Origin: a virus
Lineage: Duplodnaviria > Caudoviricetes
Direction: 5' to 3' (one strand)
IMG/VR virus record: IMGVR_UViG_3300042815_000289
Coordinates: 1 to 25,733 of that record
Length of the DNA stretch: 25,733 nt
Under the pieces are notes generated by a model that was not told the DNA's origin, did not search any database, and saw only the letters and a list, made by a program, of their open reading frames with translations. A program made the position numbers and the translations under genes. Below, piece after piece: positions 1 through 8,235 of the stretch; position 1 is the first letter of the stretch; the number at the start of each line of letters is the position of its first letter.

Positions 1-156
1 CAAGTCACTGCCGGCATCACGCCCGTCGAGGTGGCGAAAGCAGCTCTGGACGGCTGGCGGTTAATCCAGGGCAAGAACGACGCTGAGGTGGCCGCAATCT
101 TTACAGGCGATCAGAGTCTAGTCACCTACCCACGGTTCAAAGAAACCACCTACTAA
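1..156 (+). CDS. 3' end of a small gene upstream of the portal (position of a gpW-like head completion protein); partial
   Basis: Frame 1 is open from base 1 (QVTAGITPVEVAKAALDGWRLIQ...FKETTY) to TAA at 154-156, 1 nt before the portal ATG. Function is inferred from synteny only. Confidence 0.55.
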   Translation, partial: QVTAGITPVEVAKAALDGWRLIQGKNDAEVAAIFTGDQSLVTYPRFKETTY

Positions 157-157
157 A

Positions 158-1765
158 ATGGACATCGTCGGCAAAGTGATTTCTAGCTGGTCGCGCATGG
201 TACAAGCCGCCCGGCACGATCCACGCAAACGCCGCTGGGTAGATGCCCAACTGGCCGACACGAAGCTGGACGTCAGCTCTGCATCTCGACAATCGATCGC
301 CGCACTATCCCGCTGGCTTTGTTACAATAGTGCTATTGTTCGCGGGGCGATTGATACGATGACGCGGAACGCTATCGGGGCCGGCATCAAATGCCAGGCA
401 CGCACAAAGGACGAGGGCTGGAACAAGGCGACCGAAGAGTGGCTGGCGATGTGGGAAGGATCTTGCGACGTGCGCGGGATTCTTACTTACCAAGCGATGC
501 AGCAAGTGGCCACCCGCACAATGCTACGCGATAATGAAATTTTTATACTTTTGACTGATAACGGCGACGGATGGCCGATGCTGCAAATGGTGGAAGGGCA
601 CCGCTGCGAAACTCCATCTTACGTGAAGGACGACGCCAAGATTTTCGACGGCGTTCGCATGAACAAGTTTGGGCGCCCCTTGAGTTACTACATCCGCACC
701 GGCATAAACGGCGACACGTTCACAGAGGTGCAGGCCGCCGATCTGATTTTGTTGGCAGAACGGGACAGGGCAGACGAAGTGCGGTCGCTGTCTAAGCTCG
801 CATCGTGCATCAATCTGCTACTGGATCGGGACGAGATTCTGGACTATGAGATGCTGGCTTGTAAGCGGGCAGGGCAAATCGGGATGGCTATCGAATCGAC
901 TACTAACTCTGGCCCTGGATTCTTTAACCCGACAGAGACTGATTCAACAAACCTAACGACCGACAACCTTTTTGGCGGTGGAGCGTTAGTCAACGTCCCA
1001 ATGGGCAAGACACTGCGAGAGATCAAAAACGATCGGCCTAGTCAGAATCTACAGCAACACATGGATCAATACATCCGGGCAGTGGCGTCCGGGCTTGGCG
1101 TACCCTACGCCTACATCTGGTCACCCAACGAACTTACCGGCCCCAGCCAGCGGTTTGTTCTCGCGCAAGCTCAACGTCGATTCGATGAGATTTCCGACGC
1201 GGTAATCGAGCAGATGCTGAAACGGGTTCGCAAGTGGGCACTGGCCAAGGCGATCAAACGTGGCGACCTGACTCCGCCGAAGGGAATGGCGATGTGGTGG
1301 GAAGCGGTCTATCACACCCCAGCCCGCACTACGATCGACGCCGGCCGGGACAGCGCCGCCGATCGGGAAGATCTAAAAATGGGAATTAAGACTCTGGCCG
1401 ACATTAGCGCAGAGCGCGGATCCGATTGGCAGGAGATCGTAAATCAGAAGATTGCCGAGCAGATCTATATCAAGCAAAAGGCACAGGAAGCTGGGCTGAC
1501 TATGGCAGACGTGCAGATTACGGGAGCACCCGCTACTCCTACTGAAGCCGTGGCCGTTACGCCACCGGCTGCACCGTTGCCAGAGGATACCACCGTTCAG
1601 CCCCAACTTGAGGAAGCGATTGAGCCAGTGCAGGCATCAGTTCCAGCCACAGAAACCTTCACAATGCGTGACGAGCCAGATTTTAACCTTACCCCAAAAG
1701 AGATGAATATGGTTGTTAAGGCAATCGGCATCGGGGCAAAGCCGAAAACAAAAAAGAAAAAGTAG
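158..1765 (+). CDS. Phage portal protein, lambda family (Phage_portal_2-like)
   Basis: 535 aa with lambda-type portal motifs: N..IG.GI, RDNEIF, DGVRMNKFGRPLSYY, VRSLS.LA, IRAVASGLGVPY, and IDAGRD...D..DLKMG.KT....AERGSDWQEIVNQ. Lies upstream of protease and capsid. Confidence 0.9.
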   Translation: MDIVGKVISSWSRMVQAARHDPRKRRWVDAQLADTKLDVSSASRQSIAALSRWLCYNSAIVRGAIDTMTRNAIGAGIKCQARTKDEGWNKATEEWLAMWEGSCDVRGILTYQAMQQVATRTMLRDNEIFILLTDNGDGWPMLQMVEGHRCETPSYVKDDAKIFDGVRMNKFGRPLSYYIRTGINGDTFTEVQAADLILLAERDRADEVRSLSKLASCINLLLDRDEILDYEMLACKRAGQIGMAIESTTNSGPGFFNPTETDSTNLTTDNLFGGGALVNVPMGKTLREIKNDRPSQNLQQHMDQYIRAVASGLGVPYAYIWSPNELTGPSQRFVLAQAQRRFDEISDAVIEQMLKRVRKWALAKAIKRGDLTPPKGMAMWWEAVYHTPARTTIDAGRDSAADREDLKMGIKTLADISAERGSDWQEIVNQKIAEQIYIKQKAQEAGLTMADVQITGAPATPTEAVAVTPPAAPLPEDTTVQPQLEEAIEPVQASVPATETFTMRDEPDFNLTPKEMNMVVKAIGIGAKPKTKKKK

Positions 1766-1771
1766 TTGATT

Positions 1772-1796
1772 AAGCCCGCTGGGTAGGAGCAGGCTT
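1772..1796 (+). other. Imperfect inverted repeat between the portal and the small membrane gene
   Basis: AAGCCCGCT-gggtagg-AGCAGGCTT: 9-bp stem with one mismatch and no U-tract. Confidence 0.4.
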
Positions 1797-1801
1797 GGCG
1801 C

Positions 1802-1999
1802 ATGGAAGGCGTAGGAGGTTTTATATATTGCTTGCTTGCTGTAGCAGCTTTTTTTCTGCTGGTACTTCTTTTGCTTTTGCCTGTGTTCGTTTTCCAGATT
1901 TCAAACTCATCCCTACGCAGTGAGGCATTACTGAAAAAGGCCGTAGCAGAACTAGAAAAGATAAACGCTCACCTAACTCCGCCACCTCCGCAGGAGTAA
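1802..1999 (+). CDS. Small single-pass membrane protein, moron-like
   Basis: 65 aa: about 25-residue hydrophobic N-terminus, amphipathic helix (EALLKKAVAELEKINAHL), PPPP tail. Fills the portal-protease gap and is more AT-rich than its neighbours. Confidence 0.65.
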   Translation: MEGVGGFIYCLLAVAAFFLLVLLLLLPVFVFQISNSSLRSEALLKKAVAELEKINAHLTPPPPQE

Positions 2000-2000
2000 T

Positions 2001-2007
2001 TTGACAC
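2001..2007 (+). promoter_or_regulatory. TTGACA late-gene motif, copy 1
   Basis: TTGACAC; 14 nt lie between the hexamer and ATG 2021. Confidence 0.55.
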
Positions 2008-2020
2008 GCCATGCGCGGGC

Positions 2021-2908
2021 ATGGCTCAAAAACAATTTAAGGGAATTTCCGTCATCACCGCTGGCCCTGCTTTGGGTCACGGGATGGTCATCGACGCAGA
2101 CACGCTGGAACAAGTCGTCCAGGCTGGTAACGATCTAGGTCAGGTTAAGGTACTCTCTGACCACAGCTCTAGCGTTTCCAACATCATTGGATACCTAGAA
2201 AACTTTACCTTAGACGGCGGCCGCGTGCGGGCAGATCTCACCTTATTTGAAAGCCACGAAGGCTTTGCCTACTTTAGCGAACTGATCGGCACGCTCCCTG
2301 GGCAGATCGGATTCTCCATCAGCTTCAGTGGCGTGCCCAGAATGGCAGAGGACGGCACCCAACTGGCTGACGTCAGCACGCTCTATTCCGTCGATCTCGT
2401 GACTACCCCAGCGGCTAATCCGACAGGCGTTTATTCTGCACGGGTTGACACACGCAAATCGCTTAATATGGATACAACCGTAAAAGAATCAGCGCCGGTT
2501 ATCGAAGCCGCGCCCGAAGCACCGGCGGCACCGGCGTTTAATGCCGAGCAGGCCATCGCCGCTCTCTCCGCCCGGATCGACGAACTTGTTGGCAAATTTG
2601 CCGCCAAGTTTGAAGCCGTGGTCGAGGAAGCTCCCGCAGTAGCCGAAGCACCCGTGGCAGAAGAAGCGCCCGCAGTCGAAGCAGCTCCCGAAGCCAAGGC
2701 CGATCTGGAATCCAACGACAAGATCGTCGCTCTCGAAACCAAGCTCGCTCGCCTCACTGTCGAGCTGGAAGCCAGCAAAGGCACCCAGCCAGTTGAGATC
2801 AGCGAAGCCAAACCCCTTTCTCGTAATGAACTTCTCGCGAAGTTTAACGCAGAAAAAGATCCCCGTCGTGCGGCGGAGATTTTCAACCAAATCAAGCTCG
2901 CACGATAA
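2021..2908 (+). CDS. Prohead maturation protease fused to a C-terminal scaffold domain
   Basis: N-terminal 140 aa has the HK97/herpes-type protease pattern (LSDH, IG.L.NF, GFSISF, SVDLVTTPAANP). The C-terminus is Ala/Glu/Pro-rich and coiled-coil-like. Lies directly before the capsid gene. Confidence 0.8.
   Translation: MAQKQFKGISVITAGPALGHGMVIDADTLEQVVQAGNDLGQVKVLSDHSSSVSNIIGYLENFTLDGGRVRADLTLFESHEGFAYFSELIGTLPGQIGFSISFSGVPRMAEDGTQLADVSTLYSVDLVTTPAANPTGVYSARVDTRKSLNMDTTVKESAPVIEAAPEAPAAPAFNAEQAIAALSARIDELVGKFAAKFEAVVEEAPAVAEAPVAEEAPAVEAAPEAKADLESNDKIVALETKLARLTVELEASKGTQPVEISEAKPLSRNELLAKFNAEKDPRRAAEIFNQIKLAR
2445..2451 (+). promoter_or_regulatory. TTGACA late-gene motif, copy 2 (internal, before a putative scaffold start)
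   Basis: TTGACAC 17 nt upstream of in-frame ATG 2468 (Met150), at the protease/scaffold boundary. Confidence 0.5.
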
Positions 2909-2929
2909 CTAAGAAAGAAGGATAGAACT

Positions 2930-3808
2930 ATGGCAAATAGCCTCGCAACAACGAGCAACGGCAAAGTCGTAGCACAACGTGCTCTCGAATTGCTGGTTGA
3001 AAACTACTCATGGATCGCTTCCGGCGTTTCCGATTTCTCGGACGCTACCGCCCGCAAGGGTGACGCGATCATAACCCACACCGTCTCGATCCAGTCTGCC
3101 TCGGATTATTCCAGCACGGCCGGATACGTGGCTGGCGATGCAACTCAGACCGATGTGGTTGTGACGCTCTCCAATTTCAAACACGTCTCGTACGCTTTGA
3201 ATGATGACGAGCGCACCAGCTCCTCGGTTAACTTGGTCGAGCGCTTTGCAGCGCAAGCGGCCCACGCTCTCGGAAAGAGCATGGTTGATACCGTTCTCGC
3301 GTTGGTAACCAACAGCAACTACACCACGACCGCAACCATCGCGGCCGGTGCAGTGACCTTTGGTTCCATCGTCGACATCGCGGCTCAACTCAACAGCGCA
3401 AAGGCACCTATGGGTGGACGGTTCGCCGTTCTCAGCCCTACCAACTACGCCAATCTTTCCAAAGATTCCGTAGTGGTGGCGAATGCCCAGCGCTCCACCG
3501 ACCTCGTCGGCGGCGCCAGCCTTGGCGAAATTCACGGCGTGAACGTATTTAACTACGCTTCGCTGCCTTCTGCGGTATCCAAAGGATTCATCGCACAACA
3601 AGAGGCGATCATCGTGGCGGCTCGTCTGCCTGAGATTCCTAATGTTGAGTTCAGCGGCACCGTTGCCAACGTGACGGAAGCCAAGAGCGGTCTGTCGCTC
3701 CAGGTTCGCGAGAGCTACTCGCTCGTGACCGGCAGCGTGCAGCGCACCTATTGCCTCATCTACGGTGCGGCAAAGGGATCGGCCAGTTCGCTAGTTCGGA
3801 TCGTGTAA
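2930..3808 (+). CDS. Major capsid protein (HK97 fold, P22-coat-like)
   Basis: 292 aa after the scaffold; KGDAIIT, VVVTLSNFKHVS, GRFAVLSP..YANL, LGEIHGVNVF and terminal LIYGA patterns; strong codon bias; purine-rich RBS AAGAAGGA; followed by a hairpin. Confidence 0.85.
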   Translation: MANSLATTSNGKVVAQRALELLVENYSWIASGVSDFSDATARKGDAIITHTVSIQSASDYSSTAGYVAGDATQTDVVVTLSNFKHVSYALNDDERTSSSVNLVERFAAQAAHALGKSMVDTVLALVTNSNYTTTATIAAGAVTFGSIVDIAAQLNSAKAPMGGRFAVLSPTNYANLSKDSVVVANAQRSTDLVGGASLGEIHGVNVFNYASLPSAVSKGFIAQQEAIIVAARLPEIPNVEFSGTVANVTEAKSGLSLQVRESYSLVTGSVQRTYCLIYGAAKGSASSLVRIV

Positions 3809-3828
3809 GTTACAGAATCATCCGGGTT

Positions 3829-3861
3829 GCCCGGACGCATCGGGGGGTGCGTCCGGGCTTT
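3829..3861 (+). terminator. Probable intrinsic terminator or attenuator after the capsid gene
   Basis: Perfect 11-bp stem GCCCGGACGCA / TGCGTCCGGGC (3829-3839 / 3848-3858) followed by only TTT, so probably leaky. Confidence 0.7.
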
Positions 3862-3875
3862 CCCACTTAAAAAAT

Positions 3876-6023
3876 ATGACCAACCCCCTAGTGTCTCTTG
3901 CTTTAATCGTCGGCCCCAACGAGGGCGACATTCTCAAACGCCTTATTCAATCCGCCCGTGGCCTATGGGACGAGGTGGTCGTGGTGGCGGCAGTAGGCAA
4001 AAACGAGGCGCACAGTGCGCGTATTTGCGCTCAGGAAGCCGCAGGCGAGGCTTTAGTCTGGGGAGAATACCAGAACAGCCCAGAGCACCGGGACTGGCCC
4101 CATATTGATAATTTCGCCGCTGCCCGCAATCAGGCGTTTAACCTAGCAAAAGGGAAGTACGTCATCTGGGCAGATTGCGATGACTTGTTTGATGGCGACC
4201 AGGCCAAGATCCACCGACATGTAATTGAGGAACGCGAAAAGGCCGACAAAGGCTGGGACATCCTAGTCACTCGGTACGATGTACAAAATAGTGGAATGCG
4301 GCAAAATCGCAGAGAGAGGATCTTCCGCCGGCAGGCCGATGGGTTCCTGCCAGCCGTGTGGGAGCGATCGATCCACGAACGGGTTAAGCCTATTCCAAAC
4401 ATGGAAGTCGGACTGGCCGACGGCCTAGTCATTGTCCACGCACCTAACAACTGTAAGAAGAACTCTAGCGATCGTAACAAGCGGATCCTAAACAGCGTCT
4501 TAGAGGGCGCCGGGATGAACTGGTACTACATCGGCATGGAGTCGTTTCTGCGTAACGACTACCAGACTGCCATCGGCCCCGTGCTTCTTGCCTTAGAACA
4601 TCCAGACGTAGGCATCACGGAACGGTATCAGCTCCTGTGCATGGCGGGCATAATGTGTGCAGACCCAGCAAAACGCAGAAAATATCTGGGCGAGGCAGTG
4701 ATGATTCAGCCCACACGCCGCGAGGCTTACGGCCACTACGCCACGCAACTGATGGACGACGGCAACTATCACGAGGCAGTGCGACTGCTTCAGATGATTA
4801 TGACCCTGACGCCACCGGCCGGAGTGATCTGGAACTTGGACGCAAAGTGGTACGGCCACATGCCGAATTTCTTGCTGGAACAATCGCTTCGGGTAGTCGG
4901 CCAAACAGCCGACGCAGATCGATGCCTAAAGGAAGCGTTCCGCGCAGCCTGGGGACAGATCACCATCATTTACCAAGGCGAGCTGGCAGACGTAGTTCGC
5001 GCATCAAAGCTGATGATGGACACATCCGATCAGCCGGCCGGCTTACAGCATTTATTTATCACTAACCCTGGCGAAGATAAATTCGGCAAACGCCTAAACA
5101 TTTGCACGAGCGTTGAGGACGCCATCAGCAAAACCCTTGGAAGGATCTTGCTGTTTATAAAGTGCGGCAAAGAGGTGGTCGTCCCGGCGTTGCGCTGGGA
5201 TATGGATCTTTTGGCACAGGGCACACTGCCAGCCGGGGCCACACGCCTGCCAGATCCTGTCGATCAAACGGGGAACGTCATCGTCGGGCTGACTACTACG
5301 CCCACCCGCATCGGCAAGATAATGCCCACGATCCAAAGCCTGCTGTCGCAATCGCGCCCGGCGGATCAGATCATTCTGTCTGTGCCTGAGAAGCTGGCAC
5401 GCACAGGCGAACGGTTTGGGGATATTCCAAAAGAGCTACAGGCGTTGGCCGATGCTGGTAAATTAGAAATTTACCGCACTAAGGACTATGGCCCAGCGAC
5501 AAAGTTTATCGGCCCGCTAGAAGTGGGCGGAGATCCCGACGACAAGATTTGCTGGCTGGACGACGACATCCTATACAGCCCACTGCTTTTGCAGACCCTC
5601 GCCGAAGAATTAGATACCAGACCAAAAACGGCGTTAGGTGTCTGCGGATTTTTTATGACAGGCGCCACTGGCTACGCCATCGCCCCGGATCACGGCGGTC
5701 ATGCCGAGATTCTCGAAGGATTCGGCGGCGTAATGTGTCGGCGTTCGGACATGCCGAAAGCCGATCTATGGCCAGCCATTCCGGCCAGTGAGTTCGCCGG
5801 GCTGAGTCCCTTGGCTCGCGCCAAGTTCCTTGCTGATGATTATGTTATGAGCACGGAACTGCGAAAGGCAGGCACAGCCACGCTCGTCTGCAACACGCCA
5901 GAACTCAACCGAACGAATGCTTTAAAGATTAGGCCAGAAGGGCTAGGCGCTGACGCCTTACAAAACAACAAAGGCACCGGCGGCAATCTGGCGGCTTACG
6001 CTTTGCTAAAGGCAAATGGATAA
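3876..6023 (+). CDS. Multidomain glycosyltransferase: GT2 domain, TPR-like helices and a second GT-A domain
   Basis: N-terminal VSLALIV..NE, DNFAAARNQAF, WADCDD, RERIFR, WERSIHE, IVH. Central helical repeats (..IQPTRREAY). C-terminal IVGLTTTPTRI..TIQSLLSQ, DYGPATK, WLDDDILY, ADDYVMS. Confidence 0.85.
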   Translation: MTNPLVSLALIVGPNEGDILKRLIQSARGLWDEVVVVAAVGKNEAHSARICAQEAAGEALVWGEYQNSPEHRDWPHIDNFAAARNQAFNLAKGKYVIWADCDDLFDGDQAKIHRHVIEEREKADKGWDILVTRYDVQNSGMRQNRRERIFRRQADGFLPAVWERSIHERVKPIPNMEVGLADGLVIVHAPNNCKKNSSDRNKRILNSVLEGAGMNWYYIGMESFLRNDYQTAIGPVLLALEHPDVGITERYQLLCMAGIMCADPAKRRKYLGEAVMIQPTRREAYGHYATQLMDDGNYHEAVRLLQMIMTLTPPAGVIWNLDAKWYGHMPNFLLEQSLRVVGQTADADRCLKEAFRAAWGQITIIYQGELADVVRASKLMMDTSDQPAGLQHLFITNPGEDKFGKRLNICTSVEDAISKTLGRILLFIKCGKEVVVPALRWDMDLLAQGTLPAGATRLPDPVDQTGNVIVGLTTTPTRIGKIMPTIQSLLSQSRPADQIILSVPEKLARTGERFGDIPKELQALADAGKLEIYRTKDYGPATKFIGPLEVGGDPDDKICWLDDDILYSPLLLQTLAEELDTRPKTALGVCGFFMTGATGYAIAPDHGGHAEILEGFGGVMCRRSDMPKADLWPAIPASEFAGLSPLARAKFLADDYVMSTELRKAGTATLVCNTPELNRTNALKIRPEGLGADALQNNKGTGGNLAAYALLKANG

Positions 6024-6690
6024 GACGCTCACCATATCGGGCTACAATCGGCCCACATACTTTGCCCAGGTATTGAAGGCGTTGGCGTGGTGCGACGGCG
6101 TGGGCGAGTATCAGATCACAGCAATTCTAGATCCGTCGGACAAGACGGCAGAGCTTTCCGAAATTGCCAAGGGACACGGCATCGGCGTGCACATTCCAGA
6201 TCATCACATGGGCTGCGGATCTGCCATTCAGTACGCGATGACGTACGGGTTCAGGAAATCGGATTATCACATTCACTTGGAGGACGACACTGTTCCCAGC
6301 CCAGACTGCTTGCGTTGGTTTGAGTGGGCGGGACAGAACGCTGGCCCAAAAGTGCTAACGGTATCTGGCTACAATCAACACGGCGGCGATGCCCAGAACG
6401 ACGCCAGCGGATTTAGAAACTGGTTCACCCCTTGGGGCTGGGCAACCTGGCGCGATCGATTTGAAAGACATCTAGTTCCCGCCTGGGATTGTAATTTCTG
6501 GGACGGATCGGTTCAGCGGGTGCGCGAACGGACGGGGATGGGTGAACTATTCCCACACGTCAGTCGGATTCAAAACATCGGGGCAGAGGGCGGCACTTTT
6601 TGTCCGGGACCGGAATTTCACAAAGAACATCAACACGCTACCCGCGTCGCCACGGCCAAAGAAACAAAGTGGAAAAACTACAGCATCTAA
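6016..6690 (+). CDS. Glycosyltransferase, GT-A fold
   Basis: YNRPTYF, HLEDD..PSPD, VSGYN, FTPWGWATWRDR, WD and SRIQNIG motifs; overlaps the upstream stop. Confidence 0.85.
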   Translation: MDKTLTISGYNRPTYFAQVLKALAWCDGVGEYQITAILDPSDKTAELSEIAKGHGIGVHIPDHHMGCGSAIQYAMTYGFRKSDYHIHLEDDTVPSPDCLRWFEWAGQNAGPKVLTVSGYNQHGGDAQNDASGFRNWFTPWGWATWRDRFERHLVPAWDCNFWDGSVQRVRERTGMGELFPHVSRIQNIGAEGGTFCPGPEFHKEHQHATRVATAKETKWKNYSI

Positions 6691-7223
6691 ACATTGGCGG
6701 GGAGGACTGGTTCAGCTTTCCCGATCTTTACCGGCGCCTAGTGGCCGATTGCCCGATGGATGGAAAGATCGTGGAGGTAGGAAGCTGGAAGGGGAAGTCT
6801 ACTGCGTTTCTGCTCGTCGAGGCTTGGAACAAATCACCACGGATCGAGATCTACGCTGTCGACACTTGGCTAGGTAGCGAGGAACACGCAGGCGAGGAGT
6901 GCATCAAAAACGGCACGCTCTACGAGGAGTTTCTGGCAAACGTAAAGCCAGTCTCCCGCCAGCTCGTGCCGTTACGGATGACCAGCCTAAAGGGCGCCAA
7001 CTTCTTTCCCGATCAATGCCTAGATTCTGTTTTTATCGATGCCGCACACGACTACGAGAACGTGAAAGCGGATATTGCTGCTTGGCTGCCCAAGGTAAAA
7101 AAAGGCGGGGTGATTGCTGGGCACGATTACATGTGCGGGTGGCCGGGAGTAGATCGAGCCGTGGCAGAAGCGTTTAACTCTGTTGATTTTCAGCAGAACT
7201 GCTGGGTGAAAGTTTTGACATAA
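6669..7223 (+). CDS. Class I SAM-dependent methyltransferase (Methyltransf_24-like)
   Basis: VEVGSWKGKST, YAVDTW, VFIDAAHDYENVKADI..W and GGVIAGHDY. GTG 6669 is preferred over TTG 6600 because it shortens the overlap. Confidence 0.88.
   Translation: MEKLQHLNIGGEDWFSFPDLYRRLVADCPMDGKIVEVGSWKGKSTAFLLVEAWNKSPRIEIYAVDTWLGSEEHAGEECIKNGTLYEEFLANVKPVSRQLVPLRMTSLKGANFFPDQCLDSVFIDAAHDYENVKADIAAWLPKVKKGGVIAGHDYMCGWPGVDRAVAEAFNSVDFQQNCWVKVLT
7215..7220 (+). promoter_or_regulatory. TTGACA late-gene motif, copy 3
   Basis: TTGACA 13 nt upstream of GTG 7234, where structural genes resume after the GT cassette. Confidence 0.5.
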
Positions 7224-7233
7224 GGCCAACGAC

Positions 7234-7542
7234 GTGACCGAAATTCAAACCCTAATGACCACAGGGGTGGCCGATATGATTTCGGCCATGCCGACGACTG
7301 CCACGATCTCCGGCCTTGCCGTCCGTGGCGTCTACACACCCAGCGAACAAACGGCAGAGCTGGGCATGGGCGGATTCGTAAATCCACAGAATGCGGAGTT
7401 CGTTTGCCTAACGGCCGCCGTCAGCTTGCCCTCACTAATGACGATCGTGACGGTGGGTGGATCACCCAAAAGACTTACCGGCGTACAATCCGACCAAGGC
7501 GTGACGACTCTTATCCTGGCGGATCCAGAGGATGTGCGATGA
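7234..7542 (+). CDS. Putative head-tail joining (head closure) protein
   Basis: 102 aa, beta-rich, in the expected position; ATGA overlap with the next gene. Confidence 0.55.
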   Translation: MTEIQTLMTTGVADMISAMPTTATISGLAVRGVYTPSEQTAELGMGGFVNPQNAEFVCLTAAVSLPSLMTIVTVGGSPKRLTGVQSDQGVTTLILADPEDVR

Positions 7543-7937
7543 GCTTAAGACTCGCAGCGGAGGACGGACTAGCCGCCTACCTATCCACAGCCAGTAAGCC
7601 CGCCGGGCTATACGTTCAAGCAGGCCACAGAATTGCGGAACTACAGCTCCCAGCCTGCATCGTTCACGCAGAATCGAGCGTGCCAGTTGTGGAGGGATCT
7701 CTAGCTACTACCCGCAAGGTTACTTTTACCTGTTCAATTATGACGCCGCTGGAAGTAGCCAGCACGGTCACAGCTCACAGGACGAACTTCGATTGGCTAA
7801 ATACCAAGCTGACGGCCGTAACGACCATAGCCGGTGCCACTCTAATGGGCGGATACCTGGGCGAAGAAAGCACAGGCAGCAACGACAAGGTGATGGAGGA
7901 TTCGGTGAAATTCACCGCCTTCGTCACGCCTAGTTGA
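7539..7937 (+). CDS. Putative tail terminator / tail completion protein
   Basis: Start at the ATGA overlap 7539 (MSLRLAAEDGLAAYL..LPACIVHAE); 132 aa, located before the tail tube candidates. Confidence 0.55.
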   Translation: MSLRLAAEDGLAAYLSTASKPAGLYVQAGHRIAELQLPACIVHAESSVPVVEGSLATTRKVTFTCSIMTPLEVASTVTAHRTNFDWLNTKLTAVTTIAGATLMGGYLGEESTGSNDKVMEDSVKFTAFVTPS

Positions 7938-7940
7938 CAC
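7934..7940 (+). promoter_or_regulatory. TTGACA late-gene motif, copy 4
   Basis: TTGACAC overlapping the upstream TGA stop, 17 nt before ATG 7957. Confidence 0.5.
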
Positions 7941-7956
7941 GTAAGGAAAAAACAAT

Positions 7957-8223
7957 ATGGCGATGACATACGGAGTGACGGCTGGAATTTCCCAGAACAT
8001 CAGCAACACAGACGAGTACGTCTACATCACGGGAACAGACGGCACCGTAGTAAAACATTTTAGGAAATACAAAAGGATCGAGACAGTCACAGAGACTTTG
8101 CCCGATTCCTTTGCGCACCCTAGCGTGTCTGGCCCTACGGCTTTCCGCCAAGAGTTGCGCCTATCGAATACGGATTTTGCCAGACTTACCAACACCGCCG
8201 TCACGTTCAGCACGATTGCCTAA
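7957..8223 (+). CDS. Small virion protein, candidate tail tube subunit A
   Basis: 88 aa, Thr-rich and beta-rich, RBS TAAGGA, in the major tail protein position. Confidence 0.5.
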   Translation: MAMTYGVTAGISQNISNTDEYVYITGTDGTVVKHFRKYKRIETVTETLPDSFAHPSVSGPTAFRQELRLSNTDFARLTNTAVTFSTIA

Positions 8224-8235
8224 GGAAATAACAAT

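Noticed and set aside
2001-2030. Canonical sigma70 promoters at the TTGACA sites
   Set aside because: No TATAAT-like hexamer 16-18 nt downstream; kept instead as a non-canonical motif.
2431-3601. Long antisense ORFs 2431-2964, 2489-2890 and 3008-3601
   Set aside because: Shadows of codon-biased scaffold and capsid genes; no start signals or motifs.
3827-4108. 93-aa + strand ORF
   Set aside because: Starts inside the terminator hairpin and overlaps the GT gene out of frame.
6600-6668. Longest-ORF starts at 6600, 7404, 23131, 25258 and 25479
   Set aside because: They create long overlaps or non-protein-like extensions; coupled downstream starts fit better.
3876-7223. gtrABC-type serotype conversion or DNA glucosylation cassette
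   Set aside because: No membrane flippase or polytopic transferase, and the location is the late structural operon rather than near att or replication genes; not strictly excluded.
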